From IMG/VR virus record IMGVR_UViG_3300046314_000148, positions 1-64,000 of that record: DNA of 64,000 bases; one strand, 5' to 3'. The position numbers and the translations under genes are program-made. Within the stretch, counting starts at the first letter, position 1, and the number at the start of each line of letters is the position of its first letter. A model generated the notes under the pieces. That model was not told the DNA's origin. It searched no databases and saw nothing but the letters and a program-made list of their open reading frames with translations. Below are positions 10,149 to 21,273 of the stretch, piece by piece. This stretch comes from a virus.

Positions 10149-13100
10149 TGTTTGGAGATAGCACCTTTCTCTCAGAGCTAAACTCATCATCTACGCTAGG
10201 GGTAGAGTCTAAGGTCTTTGCCGAGTGGAACATGAATATTCCAAGCAATTTTTTGTCAATAGGAAACTATCGATATAGACAGCAAGAACCATCCTCTCTA
10301 TATAATCTAGTTCCAGAAACATTCGATAGGTATGATTCTGGCAATTACTATACTGGAGCAACCGATGCTGACGTACTCATTGATGGAGGTTACGATGACT
10401 CTAATGAGGCACTGGCTTTCTCTTCTAAGCAAGAGCTGACCAAGATTCTTTTTTCGCTAGAAGACTGTTTTGGCAAATTCCGACCACGCTCTGGAATCAA
10501 TAAGGCGAAGATCCCATACGGACCAAACTCATATTTTCACTACTCAAACAAGGACATGGCTAAAAGACCTAGATACTATCTTGCCTCTAAGCATGACAAG
10601 TTTAAGTACTGGACATCAGATAGGTCTGAGAACGGCAAGCTTCGTGGAGTATCTTACCCACTAACATCCAGGGCATACGGAATTGACGACGTGGCCCCGT
10701 TTATCGTATATAGTAGCCCAGTTCCAGCCAATAGGATTGTCGTAAAAATGCAAACCCATGTTGGCTCAGATGACAAGGGGCAATTTTACGGCAATAATGG
10801 GTCAGCAATTGCAGATCCTTTTTACGGTTACCAAAATAGCAAGACTCCAACAAAGTGGAGAATCCAATATCTAGTTAATAATAACTGGGTAGATGCAGTC
10901 TCATTTCTACCATCAGATGTTAGATCAAGCGGAGAGCCCATCATTGGTGAAGATGGTACAGTAGAGGTTTACTATGGAATAAAGATTCCAGAAAAGTACA
11001 GCCAGATATTTAACTATAAGAAAACCTATCTAGTAGAGTCAATGATTCCGACAAGCCCAGATGTTGGATCAGCATACTTGGTGAAGCCAACTGAATCATC
11101 ACCTGGGGTATTCCACATATACACCGAGGACGGGTATGACACTTTTGACGCTGTTTATGGATGGTCCTTGCTCGACGGCGAGGTAGTTGACTATAGAAAC
11201 TCTCTGGATAAAGCTTCTAGCCCAGACTCATTCATAAATTCAGTGACTGGTAAAAAGCAATTCTCTAAGTTCGAGTATGTCTCTGGACTAAGAGTTGTTA
11301 TAGATCAGATGAATACAAATGCCAGCACCTTCGATCTCATAGAGCTTTCTCCAAGACTAGTGGCTGACATAACCGATAATGTCGAGAGCATTTCTGTAAC
11401 AAAGAGTGCATCCGATCTGGGTAATGCAGGAATGCCAGTGGGGCAACTACTGGCCTCTGTTGGAAAGTTAGAGCTATTCGATCACGACCAAGCCTTTAAT
11501 GAAAACAATGACAATAGCGTAATCGCAAAATACCTAGACCAGATTATAAAGTTCTATATTTACGAAGCAATCACTGTCCCATCAGGAGCAGTAACCCTAA
11601 TACCAATTAAAACGATGTACTCAGCTGAAAAGCCTAGCGTGTCAGCTAAGTCAAGAAGCGTATCTGTAGACTTAAGAGACCTGATGTTCATGCTAGAAAA
11701 TGTTTTAGCTCCAGAACTACTCTTGGTAGATGTGTCACTTAGCGTAGCTATATCTACGCTGTTAGACAGCATAGGCTTCACAAATTACAAGTTCTTGAGG
11801 ATCGATGGAGAAACAGACCTAATTATCCCCTATTTCTTTGTGGCACCAGATCAGTCTACTTTGCAAGTTCTAGAAGACTTGGCTGTATCATCACAGTCTG
11901 CTATGTTCTTTGACGAAGAGAACAACCTTATTATCATGAGCAAGAACTACATGATGCCATCGATTACCGACCGTGAGACTAGCACTGTCTTATCTGGTAA
12001 TAGAGATGCCAATAACTTCTCCAATATTGAGGCAATCTCTGCTCAGGATAACCATGTTTTTAATGACGGACAGATTTCGTATCGTGAGAGATATATCCAG
12101 AGATCATATGGATCAATCAAGCAATCGATGATGATAGATAGAGATAAGACCTGGATATACAAGCCTTCCCTCTTGTGGGAGGCATCAGGAAGCCTAAACA
12201 CAAAAACTCAAAATGGCCAGGTAACGGAGTCATCAGCATACTCTCTATCTGCAATTCCACTCAATTCTGCTTTATCCGCTGCTGTTCCGACAGTCGTGAA
12301 TGGCCAGGTGGTGAATAACATCATTGATTTCGGAGAAGGATCTTACTTCTTGTCAAGGTATGATGGTTACTTCTATGCAAACGGTGAAATTATTTACTAC
12401 GATGCAGTAGAGTACAGCATTCCAAACACAGTAGGTAATGTTTGGATTCAGAGCACCCAGGAGTACTCGGACTATTTCCAGAATGTCAAGTTTGCAAAGA
12501 GCATCTTCCCTACTGGACGAGTCAGAATCTACGCAGAGCCATTCTATGAAATCATAGATGGCGTTACTAGTTTTAAGAATGGTCCAGTTAGGATTCATGG
12601 TCGTGGCCAGTTTGGCACTCCAGTTATGGCCCACGAATCTGGAATATCCGATCAGTGGTCTAGCCAAACAGTGAACCCTACAAAGGGCTGCAAGGTGCCG
12701 CTATCAGGAATTATAGGCTCTGATCCAGAAACTGCAACTGCTTCTAGCAAGGCCGCAATTCTTGGAGAAGCTGGCGTGGCGGACTCTGTCGTGGTTTCTG
12801 CAACTAGAAACGGAGTCATCAAGAATGCTATTGGAGGAGTATCAAGAAGCGAGGCAAGCATCTTGGCTCTAAAGTCTGCAGAGATTGGAACTGTTCAATC
12901 ATCGGCTTTAGTATTCAATGGACCAGCATTTACATCAGATTTAACTGCAAGCGACTACATCTCTTATGTTCCTAAAAAATTAGAGAATTCATACTCTCAC
13001 TTTGGAACAAGGCTAAGACTGGTCGGTAGATATGAAGATGGAAAAACTAAGGTACAAACACCAGCTGGCTCAATGGGCTACTATGATAGTGGAAGAATTG

Positions 13101-14401
13101 GTGGTGCATCCGCAGGCCTAGCAGTCCTTCTGAATTCCGCAAACAATAACGGATACTACTTTGAGATAATGGCACTAACAAACGGAGAGTCATCGGAGAC
13201 AAGCTCCGAAGTCCTTAGCAACGTAATCTTCTATAAGATTAAGGGTAACTCTTCTAAGAATGCTGTACCAGTTAAGCTATGGTCTGGTCTAGCAAATATC
13301 CTGGTAGATTCAGGTGGATTTGTGGGGCAGTCTAGAGTATTCGGGGAAGAGAACCCAACAGTATACGACCTATCCGTAGAGTATCAAGACATCGGCACAA
13401 GCACTAGAAGATTCTATCTTTATATAAATAACAGGTGTGTGGCTATCGTTGATGATGGAGACAGGCTGCCAGTATATAACAATATGGCTCTTTTCATCCG
13501 AGGCACATCGAAGGCAATGTTTGAAAATGTGTTCGCAATTACAAAGAAGTACTCTCTGGACTCTAGAGCAACCCTAGGTACACCAATTAGCTCTGTATTT
13601 GGAGACAACGACGTAGATGTGTCCGAGTCGCTAAGAAAGTACTCCATGAGCGGTGCAGTTCAGAAAACATATCTATCCGACATAAGCTCGCAGAGTGGCT
13701 CTGGGTATGACATGTACTTTGAGGAATTCGGAACTATCATGAGAGAGGCTGCCTATTTTAATATAAAGTACGACAAGGCCTATCCAGCACTTTCTGCACA
13801 GATCTCTCCAACGTTCAATAAGATAAAGGGGTACACCGTTTCTGGTTTTATCCCTGGGGCTTATGGGGCAGAGTTTCTAATCTTTAATAATACTGATACT
13901 GTTATCAGTCTAGATGAAACTACAGGTAATTACCTAAGAATTCAGGGTGTAACTTTTACACAAAACTCAGACAAGGTTCTAACTCTAAATGATTTCTTTA
14001 ATGAGAATAGCAATCTATCAGATGTAGATAGGTTAGACAAGAATCCTCTAGAGTCTCCAGTTCGAGCAAAGAAGCAATACTTCGACATATCATCTAGCAG
14101 ATCTACATATGGAACTAATGCTTTTTCTATAGATGCAAAGTATATTCAAAATTCTGATGCAGCTAAGGAGCTTATGGGGTGGCTAATTGATAAAACCATA
14201 AAGCCTAGAAAATCAGTGGGTCTTAGCGTATTTGGAGGATCAATACTTCAGCTAGGTGACATTGTCCAAATATCAATGTCAGATTCATCTGGCATGGATT
14301 CATCAGTATCTTCAGATAAAAGATTCGTTGTATATAGCATAGAGTACAGCAGAAACTCCGAAGGTCCAGAAACAACAGTATTCGTAAGCGAGGTATTATA
14401 A
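10148..14401 (+). CDS. Large tail tip/hub protein
   Basis: 1417 aa, beta-rich; C-terminal LQLGDIVQI...FVVYSIEY hub-like motif; position. Confidence 0.65.
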   Translation: MFGDSTFLSELNSSSTLGVESKVFAEWNMNIPSNFLSIGNYRYRQQEPSSLYNLVPETFDRYDSGNYYTGATDADVLIDGGYDDSNEALAFSSKQELTKILFSLEDCFGKFRPRSGINKAKIPYGPNSYFHYSNKDMAKRPRYYLASKHDKFKYWTSDRSENGKLRGVSYPLTSRAYGIDDVAPFIVYSSPVPANRIVVKMQTHVGSDDKGQFYGNNGSAIADPFYGYQNSKTPTKWRIQYLVNNNWVDAVSFLPSDVRSSGEPIIGEDGTVEVYYGIKIPEKYSQIFNYKKTYLVESMIPTSPDVGSAYLVKPTESSPGVFHIYTEDGYDTFDAVYGWSLLDGEVVDYRNSLDKASSPDSFINSVTGKKQFSKFEYVSGLRVVIDQMNTNASTFDLIELSPRLVADITDNVESISVTKSASDLGNAGMPVGQLLASVGKLELFDHDQAFNENNDNSVIAKYLDQIIKFYIYEAITVPSGAVTLIPIKTMYSAEKPSVSAKSRSVSVDLRDLMFMLENVLAPELLLVDVSLSVAISTLLDSIGFTNYKFLRIDGETDLIIPYFFVAPDQSTLQVLEDLAVSSQSAMFFDEENNLIIMSKNYMMPSITDRETSTVLSGNRDANNFSNIEAISAQDNHVFNDGQISYRERYIQRSYGSIKQSMMIDRDKTWIYKPSLLWEASGSLNTKTQNGQVTESSAYSLSAIPLNSALSAAVPTVVNGQVVNNIIDFGEGSYFLSRYDGYFYANGEIIYYDAVEYSIPNTVGNVWIQSTQEYSDYFQNVKFAKSIFPTGRVRIYAEPFYEIIDGVTSFKNGPVRIHGRGQFGTPVMAHESGISDQWSSQTVNPTKGCKVPLSGIIGSDPETATASSKAAILGEAGVADSVVVSATRNGVIKNAIGGVSRSEASILALKSAEIGTVQSSALVFNGPAFTSDLTASDYISYVPKKLENSYSHFGTRLRLVGRYEDGKTKVQTPAGSMGYYDSGRIGGASAGLAVLLNSANNNGYYFEIMALTNGESSETSSEVLSNVIFYKIKGNSSKNAVPVKLWSGLANILVDSGGFVGQSRVFGEENPTVYDLSVEYQDIGTSTRRFYLYINNRCVAIVDDGDRLPVYNNMALFIRGTSKAMFENVFAITKKYSLDSRATLGTPISSVFGDNDVDVSESLRKYSMSGAVQKTYLSDISSQSGSGYDMYFEEFGTIMREAAYFNIKYDKAYPALSAQISPTFNKIKGYTVSGFIPGAYGAEFLIFNNTDTVISLDETTGNYLRIQGVTFTQNSDKVLTLNDFFNENSNLSDVDRLDKNPLESPVRAKKQYFDISSSRSTYGTNAFSIDAKYIQNSDAAKELMGWLIDKTIKPRKSVGLSVFGGSILQLGDIVQISMSDSSGMDSSVSSDKRFVVYSIEYSRNSEGPETTVFVSEVL

Positions 14402-15006
14402 TGACAGAGGTTCCACTAGGACATGGGTGGTTTGTAGATACAAATACTGGCAAGAGTTATGAAAAAACTGGTGGCGGTTACTTTGCAGGAGAAGCAGCTG
14501 CCGCAGAAGAGATAGCAAATAGGCAAATTGCTGCAGCTGCAGCTGCCCCTGCATCTAACCCACCAGCTACAGAGACTAAGCCACAGGTAAAAGCAGCAAC
14601 TCCAGACCTCATTCAGATAACTGAAGAGGGTATGTCAATAGAGGTAATTACCGACCTGCTATTTGAAGACATCGGAGGAACAGAGATTCTAAATATTGCC
14701 AGGCATGACCTAATCAATGGAGTTGATGTAAAGTATCAGCAAATATCTAACCTGTCCAAAATTCAAAGTACGTTTGGTGGGTCAAGCTTAATCAGTACAC
14801 AGAACCCAATAGAACAAATATTCAATAGATTTGCAGTAAAAAGGTATCAGTACATACCCTCAGAAACTGCAGATCCATCTGGACTCAACAATCACCTGTA
14901 TGTCGATTCTTCTGGAAACATCAACATAGAGCTAGATAATCTAGAAGAGAATATGCAAATTGAGATAGAGTTCAAGGCCGCAGACACTACTGATATAATA
15001 TATTAA
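14401..15006 (+). CDS. Putative minor tail protein
   Basis: Coupled ORF in the tail operon. Confidence 0.5.
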   Translation: MTEVPLGHGWFVDTNTGKSYEKTGGGYFAGEAAAAEEIANRQIAAAAAAPASNPPATETKPQVKAATPDLIQITEEGMSIEVITDLLFEDIGGTEILNIARHDLINGVDVKYQQISNLSKIQSTFGGSSLISTQNPIEQIFNRFAVKRYQYIPSETADPSGLNNHLYVDSSGNINIELDNLEENMQIEIEFKAADTTDIIY

Positions 15007-15013
15007 GGACATT

Positions 15014-16387
15014 ATGATTACTAATAAAGGGCAAGCCCTACTAACAAAATACCTGATTGGTCAGGCACCAGCTTATGCCTCTTATATTGGTGTAGGCTGT
15101 GGGCCTACGCCATATGCGTCATCAGATATTCCAACATCGGCAGAAATATCTTCACAAAGACTTAAAGAAAATCTAGACTTTGAGATGTTCAGGGTTCCAA
15201 TTACTTCTCGTGGATATGTAACAGAAGTTTCTGGAGCAGCCACAATTACTGGGGCATCTGTATCTGGATCATCGGTAACCTACACTGCTGCCAATAGCTT
15301 TGTTGCTGGAGACACTGTAACAATTACTGGTATCACACCATCTCAGTTCAATATTCACGAGGGAATTATCGTGTCAGCAAACTCAACTACTTTCACTATA
15401 ACAAATCCTATTACTGGGGCATACACCTCTGGAGGTCTGGCCAAGACATACTACACCAACATAGTTCTGACCGCAGAGCTTCCAACAGAAGAAAGATACG
15501 AGATCTCAGAGCTTGGGCTATTCTCTGCTCAGGCTAATCCAGATGCTGGCTCAAGGGGCAGCAGAATAATCTATTCTTTTTCTCAGAGCGAGAACTGGCA
15601 GAATCATGGCACAAGTCTAGAAAAAATTCCTGTAGTGTATACACCGCTAGATGCTGGTAATGAAGCAAATCAAATAGATGGAACCTACTTCGTTGACGGA
15701 GTTCAGAAAGACTGCAAGGTTCTTCATACAAATGCAGATAACACGGTTTTCTCTAACTCTGCAAGAATCGCCAGATATGAGACTCCAAGATTTTTAAATA
15801 ACTCTATTGCTATTCGTGGAAACCTATCAGATCTTGGGTACACAGCTGGAAGGCTTGTCTATAACTCTGGAGACCACATCCATTTAAACGGAGTATCCAT
15901 TAGCCTAGATAAAAACTCTCCATCAGATGAACTAAGGCTTGCGTTCTCTGTAGCAAATAGAAGGGGTGCAGAAGATGAGCACCCATCTGCCGTAAGAATA
16001 CTAATACAGTTCTCATCAGTAGACGCAATATCTGGAGGAGAGTCAGCCTCATTTGAGGTAAACCTGACAAGCTCTGACGTAGACTTTTCAGAAAACAGAT
16101 ACTTCGCAGTATCTAAGAAAATAAGCGAGCTAAAAACAACCTCAGCTTTTTCTTGGGCACGTGTTCAAAACGTTACCGTTCATGTCACTACCCTAGACTC
16201 TTCTGCTGCAGTTAGTGATAATTTCTATGTTCTTCTAGATGCACTTAGACTGGAGAATACCACAGTCGTAAGTCCGTTATATGGCATGTCTGGATACGCT
16301 ATTGCCAAAACTACTGGAGCTGCAACAATTAAAAAACTTGCAAACACAACTAGCTACGTAGAGTTTAGGTTTGGAATGGACGTATAA
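15014..16387 (+). CDS. Tail/baseplate-associated protein
   Basis: MITNKGQALL...YIGVGCG...ISELGLF N-terminus resembles tail fiber/collar proteins; small beta-rich insert. Confidence 0.6.
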   Translation: MITNKGQALLTKYLIGQAPAYASYIGVGCGPTPYASSDIPTSAEISSQRLKENLDFEMFRVPITSRGYVTEVSGAATITGASVSGSSVTYTAANSFVAGDTVTITGITPSQFNIHEGIIVSANSTTFTITNPITGAYTSGGLAKTYYTNIVLTAELPTEERYEISELGLFSAQANPDAGSRGSRIIYSFSQSENWQNHGTSLEKIPVVYTPLDAGNEANQIDGTYFVDGVQKDCKVLHTNADNTVFSNSARIARYETPRFLNNSIAIRGNLSDLGYTAGRLVYNSGDHIHLNGVSISLDKNSPSDELRLAFSVANRRGAEDEHPSAVRILIQFSSVDAISGGESASFEVNLTSSDVDFSENRYFAVSKKISELKTTSAFSWARVQNVTVHVTTLDSSAAVSDNFYVLLDALRLENTTVVSPLYGMSGYAIAKTTGAATIKKLANTTSYVEFRFGMDV

Positions 16388-16806
16388 TGGCAAATAGAAA
16401 AATAACAATTAATAAGTTATCTTTGCCATTGGTGAACTCAGATAACAAGTACTATCTTCGATACAGAATTATTCAGGATAAGACAAGAGATTCTGACTGG
16501 TCTCAAGTGGCCGCATTAGATGGCAAAGCAGTCTCAACAGTTACTGGAGTTATTAGCTTCACGACTACAGCTGAATCGAAGGTTGTTACCATAACTTGGG
16601 ACAAAGACAACAACTCCCCAACGTATGATATATTCATCGGATGGGACTCAGCTGGCTACGCATACGAAAAAAATGTTTCTTCTACAAGCCATAGCGTAAT
16701 TGCTCCTGCTGGAGCGACTAGCGTTCAGGTTTTGGTTCAGATTGGATCAGCCCAAAAGATAGTGTCCTCAGTCCTGAAGGTCTTTGAGGGAACCAAGACC
16801 TTATAG
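16387..16806 (+). CDS. Putative minor structural protein (FN3-like)
   Basis: YYLRYRI...SDWS pattern; coupled to the upstream gene. Confidence 0.45.
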   Translation: MANRKITINKLSLPLVNSDNKYYLRYRIIQDKTRDSDWSQVAALDGKAVSTVTGVISFTTTAESKVVTITWDKDNNSPTYDIFIGWDSAGYAYEKNVSSTSHSVIAPAGATSVQVLVQIGSAQKIVSSVLKVFEGTKTL

Positions 16807-16821
16807 TGGTATAATATACAG

Positions 16822-17268
16822 ATGAGCAATATAGTTAGAATACCAAACCCAGGCCAGCCAATTGACGCAACCTACATGTTTGAGCTAGCCAATGCAATCA
16901 ATAAGATTGCGACACAGCTATCGACATCCCCAACAGCACAGATCCTGACAGTAGATACCCCAACCGCTGGTAAGCAGTCTATTAAGACTTCAGAGGCTAG
17001 AGTTATTGGTGGCTACAAAGAAGTTCTTAGCAATAGCGTTTCTGCAGGTGCAGTTGTTTCTTGGACATATGATTTCCCAGCAGACTTTAAGTATCCACCT
17101 ATTGCAACAGCAACACCAATTAGCGTTGCAGGGTCAGATTCTGGAAAGCTAGTTTCCGTTATGATAAAGACCATTGGTCAGAACAGTATAACTGGTACTG
17201 CAACTTTTGCAGGATCTGGAGATCTTACCGTCGGTATCAACATAATTCTTATTGGAATACCAAACTAA
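16822..17268 (+). CDS. Putative minor tail/fiber-associated protein, leaderless
   Basis: FKYPPIATAT motif; TGGTATAAT-N6-ATG. Confidence 0.5.
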   Translation: MSNIVRIPNPGQPIDATYMFELANAINKIATQLSTSPTAQILTVDTPTAGKQSIKTSEARVIGGYKEVLSNSVSAGAVVSWTYDFPADFKYPPIATATPISVAGSDSGKLVSVMIKTIGQNSITGTATFAGSGDLTVGINIILIGIPN

Positions 17269-17270
17269 AA

Positions 17271-17816
17271 ATGAAGCAGCACAGACTTGGGGCCATGAGC
17301 CGTGAGGACTATAACAATTCTCCGATTATTTCAGGCAACAAGAAGGTGTGGTTTCTTAACGGGGACCTGGTAAGAGTCCACCATCTAAATAAGTCAAATG
17401 GAATAATGTCTGTATATAACATTATCCAGGATAGAATTGAAAGCTGTCTTATTAGTGATTTTAAGAAGAATCGTGAACGTGCCTTTACTGTAGGTGAGAC
17501 AGCCCAGCTAGTGAATCGTCACAAGAAGTACATGCCATCTCTGATGAGGAGAGAGGTTATCCCTAGACCAACTGGATCTCAGAAGGGTGGAGACACAGGC
17601 TGGCAAGTAAGAAGCTACTACTCCGAGTCCCAGGTATTTGAGATTCGTGATATACTTGCTTCTTACCACATTGGCAGACCGAGGTTTGATCGCCTAATAA
17701 CCAATAGCATAACTCCCACGAGACAGGAGTTGACAAGGCGTATTGGCGATGGTATACTGACTTATACAAGAACAGAAGACGGACGCTTCATTCCGATATG
17801 GTCGGAATCAATTTAA
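17271..17816 (+). CDS. DNA-binding protein (MerR-like HTH)
   Basis: FTVGETAQLVNRHKK...RSYYSESQV pattern. Confidence 0.55.
   Translation: MKQHRLGAMSREDYNNSPIISGNKKVWFLNGDLVRVHHLNKSNGIMSVYNIIQDRIESCLISDFKKNRERAFTVGETAQLVNRHKKYMPSLMRREVIPRPTGSQKGGDTGWQVRSYYSESQVFEIRDILASYHIGRPRFDRLITNSITPTRQELTRRIGDGILTYTRTEDGRFIPIWSESI
17730..17758 (+). promoter_or_regulatory. SigA-type promoter for the replication operon, inside the upstream CDS
   Basis: TTGACA-17-TATACT with extended TG. Confidence 0.7.
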
Positions 17817-17832
17817 TAGAAAGTTATAGGGT

Positions 17833-18036
17833 ATGAATAACGAAGAGACTAAAGTAAAGGTAGGATTGGGGTACACCCTCAACCTAGGCAATTTCCAATC
17901 ACTCCGCATTGACCTGGAAGTACAGGATAACAAGCGTGAGGGAGAAACCACTAGCGAAGCCTTTGAGCGTGTCTATGCTTTTGTTGAAGCAAAGCTAACG
18001 GAAAAGGTAAGCGAAGCTAAGTCTGAAGTAGACTAA
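17833..18036 (+). CDS. Hypothetical phage protein
   Basis: ORF with LGYTLNLGNFQSLRID motif; heads the replication operon. Confidence 0.6.
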   Translation: MNNEETKVKVGLGYTLNLGNFQSLRIDLEVQDNKREGETTSEAFERVYAFVEAKLTEKVSEAKSEVD

Positions 18037-18344
18037 TGGCTGAACGCAAAGACCGTATGGCTTTGCTAAGTAGGTACGCTAAGCTTCACAAGCAGCGTTT
18101 CGAAGAAAAGCCATTATTGAATTTAAATGTTGAGCAGTGGGCTTCTGATGCCCTAATAGAGTCGTACACTTTACAATTCTGCTACGATCTGCTAGAATAT
18201 TATTTCGAAGCAGCAGAGACCCCTAGTTGGAAGTACTTTGCTAACTACGCAGACAAAATTATCGATGCACGAAAAGAATACAAACGAGACTTAGAGGAGA
18301 GAGCAGAGCGACGCAAGTTAGCTATGCAGTGGTTGAATGAATAA
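18036..18344 (+). CDS. Hypothetical protein (possible helicase accessory factor)
   Basis: Coupled ORF overlapping the helicase start. Confidence 0.5.
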   Translation: MAERKDRMALLSRYAKLHKQRFEEKPLLNLNVEQWASDALIESYTLQFCYDLLEYYFEAAETPSWKYFANYADKIIDARKEYKRDLEERAERRKLAMQWLNE

Positions 18345-19557
18345 TACAGAGGCAAAATTAATCTCGGCAGTCCTTAAGGACAAGCAGGTCCACGTTCTCC
18401 TTCAGGCTAACGTAGACAACCTGTTGCGTACTCACAACGATGTCTGGGAGTTTATTCGCAAGTACGTAGAGACCAACCAGACTGTCCCACCAGCTGACCT
18501 CGTAGTAGACAAGTTCCGTGACTTTACCCCAGTAGATGGTGTTGGTGCTACCAAGTATCACCTAGAAGAGCTTCAGTCAGAGTACATGACAGATAGCCTA
18601 AAGAATATTATTCGAGAGGCTGCTGCCGATGTTCAGGCAGATAAGGGCCTCGATGCCCTAGAGGCAATCATCTCTAAGACATCAGAGCTTAGAAAAAATA
18701 CTGCTGCAATTCGAGACATCGATGCTACAGACCTGGACTCTGCAGTGGCCTACTTCGAGAACGTGAAGAAGCAGAATGAGCTAGGCATTTCTGGAATCAA
18801 GACTGGCCTCCCAGGCTTCGATAACTACCTTCCTGCTGGCATTATGCCAGGGCAGCTAGGAGTAATGCTTGCATATCCAGGTATTGGTAAGTCTTGGCTA
18901 TCACTATACTTTGCAGTACAGGCATGGAGACAGGGCAAGTCGCCAATGGTTATCTCGCTTGAAATGAGTGAGACAGAAGTGCGTAACCGTGTGTTTACTA
19001 TTATGGGCGATGGTCTTTGGTCACACCGAAAGATGAGTGCAGGTCTGATCGAGATTGATGACCTAAAGCACTGGCACGAGAAGAACCTTCAGGGCAAGCC
19101 AGAGTTCCACATTATTTCCAATGACTCTGGAGGAGATGTTACTCCTTCTGTTTTGCGTGGAAAGATTGACCAGTACAAGCCAGACTTCATTATCGTTGAT
19201 TACCTACAGCTAATGTCTCCTAACCAAAAGGCAGACAACGAAACTGTTCGTATGAAGAACCTGTCTCGTGAGCTCAAGCTGATGGCTATTAGTGAAGAGA
19301 TTCCTATCATTGCAATTTCATCTGCAACACCAGATGATGTTAATAAGCTAGACACTGTTCCTACACTTGGTCAAACTGCGTGGTCACGTCAGATTGCTTA
19401 CGATGCTGACTGGGTCTTGGCTCTTGGCCGTGGAAACAACTCCGACATCATCGAGTGCGTATTCCGAAAGAACCGCAATGGTTTTATGGGAGAGTTCCTA
19501 GTGCAGGCAGACTTCGACAAGGGCTACTACAAGTACAAGGACTTTGAGCAGAACTAA
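18337..19557 (+). CDS. dnaB: DnaB-like replicative helicase
   Basis: AYPGIGKS Walker A, SLEM, IIVDYLQLM, IAYDADWVL, KNRNG. Confidence 0.95.
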   Translation: MNNTEAKLISAVLKDKQVHVLLQANVDNLLRTHNDVWEFIRKYVETNQTVPPADLVVDKFRDFTPVDGVGATKYHLEELQSEYMTDSLKNIIREAAADVQADKGLDALEAIISKTSELRKNTAAIRDIDATDLDSAVAYFENVKKQNELGISGIKTGLPGFDNYLPAGIMPGQLGVMLAYPGIGKSWLSLYFAVQAWRQGKSPMVISLEMSETEVRNRVFTIMGDGLWSHRKMSAGLIEIDDLKHWHEKNLQGKPEFHIISNDSGGDVTPSVLRGKIDQYKPDFIIVDYLQLMSPNQKADNETVRMKNLSRELKLMAISEEIPIIAISSATPDDVNKLDTVPTLGQTAWSRQIAYDADWVLALGRGNNSDIIECVFRKNRNGFMGEFLVQADFDKGYYKYKDFEQN

Positions 19558-20474
19558 TGAGCGTATATACAGAAGAGCAAATCAAGAGGGTTCTTGCAGG
19601 TGCAGGGCAGACTATTCAGAATGAGGTCGATTCCGACTACATCATTTTTTGCCCATTCCACCCAAACAATAGAACACCTGCTGGAGAAGTGGACAAGAGA
19701 AGCGGAAAGTTTTTCTGCTTTTCCTGCCACCACATTGCAGATCTTGTAGAGCTAATCATGCATACAACTGGCAGGACCTACTTTGAATCAGTGCGTTTCA
19801 TTAAGACAAAGGAGCAGGCATCACTACTTACAGCAGACGTAGAGAGACAGTTGTACGTAAAGCCAGACTATACTCTTTTTGATAAGGCTCTAATCGCTAC
19901 ACTCAACGAAAGTGCTCTGTCTTCTAGCAGGGCAATGGCCTACTACAGGGGCAGATCAATTACTGAGGACAGCGTCAAAACTTTTCAGCTGGGATACTCT
20001 CAGAAGCAAGACATGGTAACCATTCCAGTACATGCTCCAGACGGTATGCCAGTTGGCTTCGTGGGCCGCTCTGTCGAGGGCAAGGACTTTAAGAATACTC
20101 CAGGCTTGCCAAAGGGAAAGGTGCTTTTTAACTTACACAGAGTAAAAGCATCTAGTAAGGTTTTTGTGGTAGAATCGTCATTCGATGCAATTCGTTTAAG
20201 CCAGGCTGGCTTGCCAGCGGTAGCAACACTCGGGTCAAACGTATCAAACACACAAATAGAATTGCTTCACAAGTATTTCAACAATGTAGTAATATTGCCA
20301 GATAACGATGAAGCAGGAAACAATATGACAGATAGGGTTACCAAGAAGCTTGGTAGTCGTGTATCGGTTGTAAAGCTAGATAGTAAGTATAAAGATATTG
20401 GAGACATGTCCGATGAAGAGATAAAAACTCTCGATGAATCATTTGACAAGTCAATAGTATCCATGCTACAATAA
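19557..20474 (+). CDS. dnaG: DNA primase (CHC2 zinc finger + TOPRIM)
   Basis: CPFH...CFSC; VVESSFDA; PDNDEAG. Confidence 0.92.
   Translation: MSVYTEEQIKRVLAGAGQTIQNEVDSDYIIFCPFHPNNRTPAGEVDKRSGKFFCFSCHHIADLVELIMHTTGRTYFESVRFIKTKEQASLLTADVERQLYVKPDYTLFDKALIATLNESALSSSRAMAYYRGRSITEDSVKTFQLGYSQKQDMVTIPVHAPDGMPVGFVGRSVEGKDFKNTPGLPKGKVLFNLHRVKASSKVFVVESSFDAIRLSQAGLPAVATLGSNVSNTQIELLHKYFNNVVILPDNDEAGNNMTDRVTKKLGSRVSVVKLDSKYKDIGDMSDEEIKTLDESFDKSIVSMLQ
20443..20472 (+). promoter_or_regulatory. Promoter for the SSB gene, inside the primase 3' end
   Basis: TTGACA-18-TACAAT with TG. Confidence 0.6.
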
Positions 20475-20499
20475 TAAAACAAACCAAACAAGGAGAAAA

Positions 20500-21156
20500 A
20501 TGAGTGTAATTAGAGGGCTAAAAGATATCGGTGCAATTCTCGATAAGCCAAAGTATGAATCAACAGGAGCAAAGGTACGCTGGGTTAAGCTTGCAGACGG
20601 ACAGTCAGCAAAGATCCGCTTCGTAGAAGAGCTAGACCAAGACTCAGCACACTACTCAGAGGCCCGTGGCCTATCTGTAGTAATCGCACAGCACACCAAT
20701 CCAAAGGACTACAAGCGTATGGCTGCTTGTACCCAGGACTCAGAGGGCCGTTGCTTTGCTTGTGAGATGGCTCGCAAGGAGCCAAAGGCTGGCTGGCGTT
20801 CAAAGCTACGCTTCTACTGCAACGTGCTAGTAGATGATGGCCTAGAGTCTCCATATGTTGCTGTATGGTCACAGGGTGTCACCAAGCAGTCTGCATTCAA
20901 CACCATCCGTGAGTATGCTCTAGAAACTGGAAGCATCTCAAACCTTCAGTGGAAGCTGAAGCGTAATGGTCAGGGAACCGAGACCAACTACACCTTGATC
21001 CCAACTGGCCCCGACGCAGAGCCATTCACCTGGGGTGACTACGAGTTCCACAACTTGGAGAAGGTAGTTCGTGAAGTTCCTTACTCAGAGCAGGAAGCAT
21101 TCTACTTCGGCTTCGACGGACCAACTTCAATCACCTCTACCAATACTGACTGGTAG
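20500..21156 (+). CDS. Single-stranded DNA-binding protein (gp32-like)
   Basis: KIRF...C..CFAC Zn site, KLKRNGQGTETNYTL; strong SD; replication context. Confidence 0.75.
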   Translation: MSVIRGLKDIGAILDKPKYESTGAKVRWVKLADGQSAKIRFVEELDQDSAHYSEARGLSVVIAQHTNPKDYKRMAACTQDSEGRCFACEMARKEPKAGWRSKLRFYCNVLVDDGLESPYVAVWSQGVTKQSAFNTIREYALETGSISNLQWKLKRNGQGTETNYTLIPTGPDAEPFTWGDYEFHNLEKVVREVPYSEQEAFYFGFDGPTSITSTNTDW

Positions 21157-21168
21157 TCGATAAAGCTT

Positions 21169-21195
21169 TGGGGGTATCTGCAAAAGGTACCCCCA
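21169..21195 (+). terminator. Hairpin terminator after SSB
   Basis: TGGGGGTATCT/AGGTACCCCCA stem. Confidence 0.6.
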
Positions 21196-21210
21196 TTCGC
21201 TTTACATGTC

Positions 21211-21239
21211 TTGACAACATGCAAAAAATATGTCATAAT
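21211..21239 (+). promoter_or_regulatory. Promoter for dnaE
   Basis: TTGACA-17-CATAAT with TG. Confidence 0.7.
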
Positions 21240-21273
21240 TTTTACACATTATTAAAATAACATTAAGGATAAT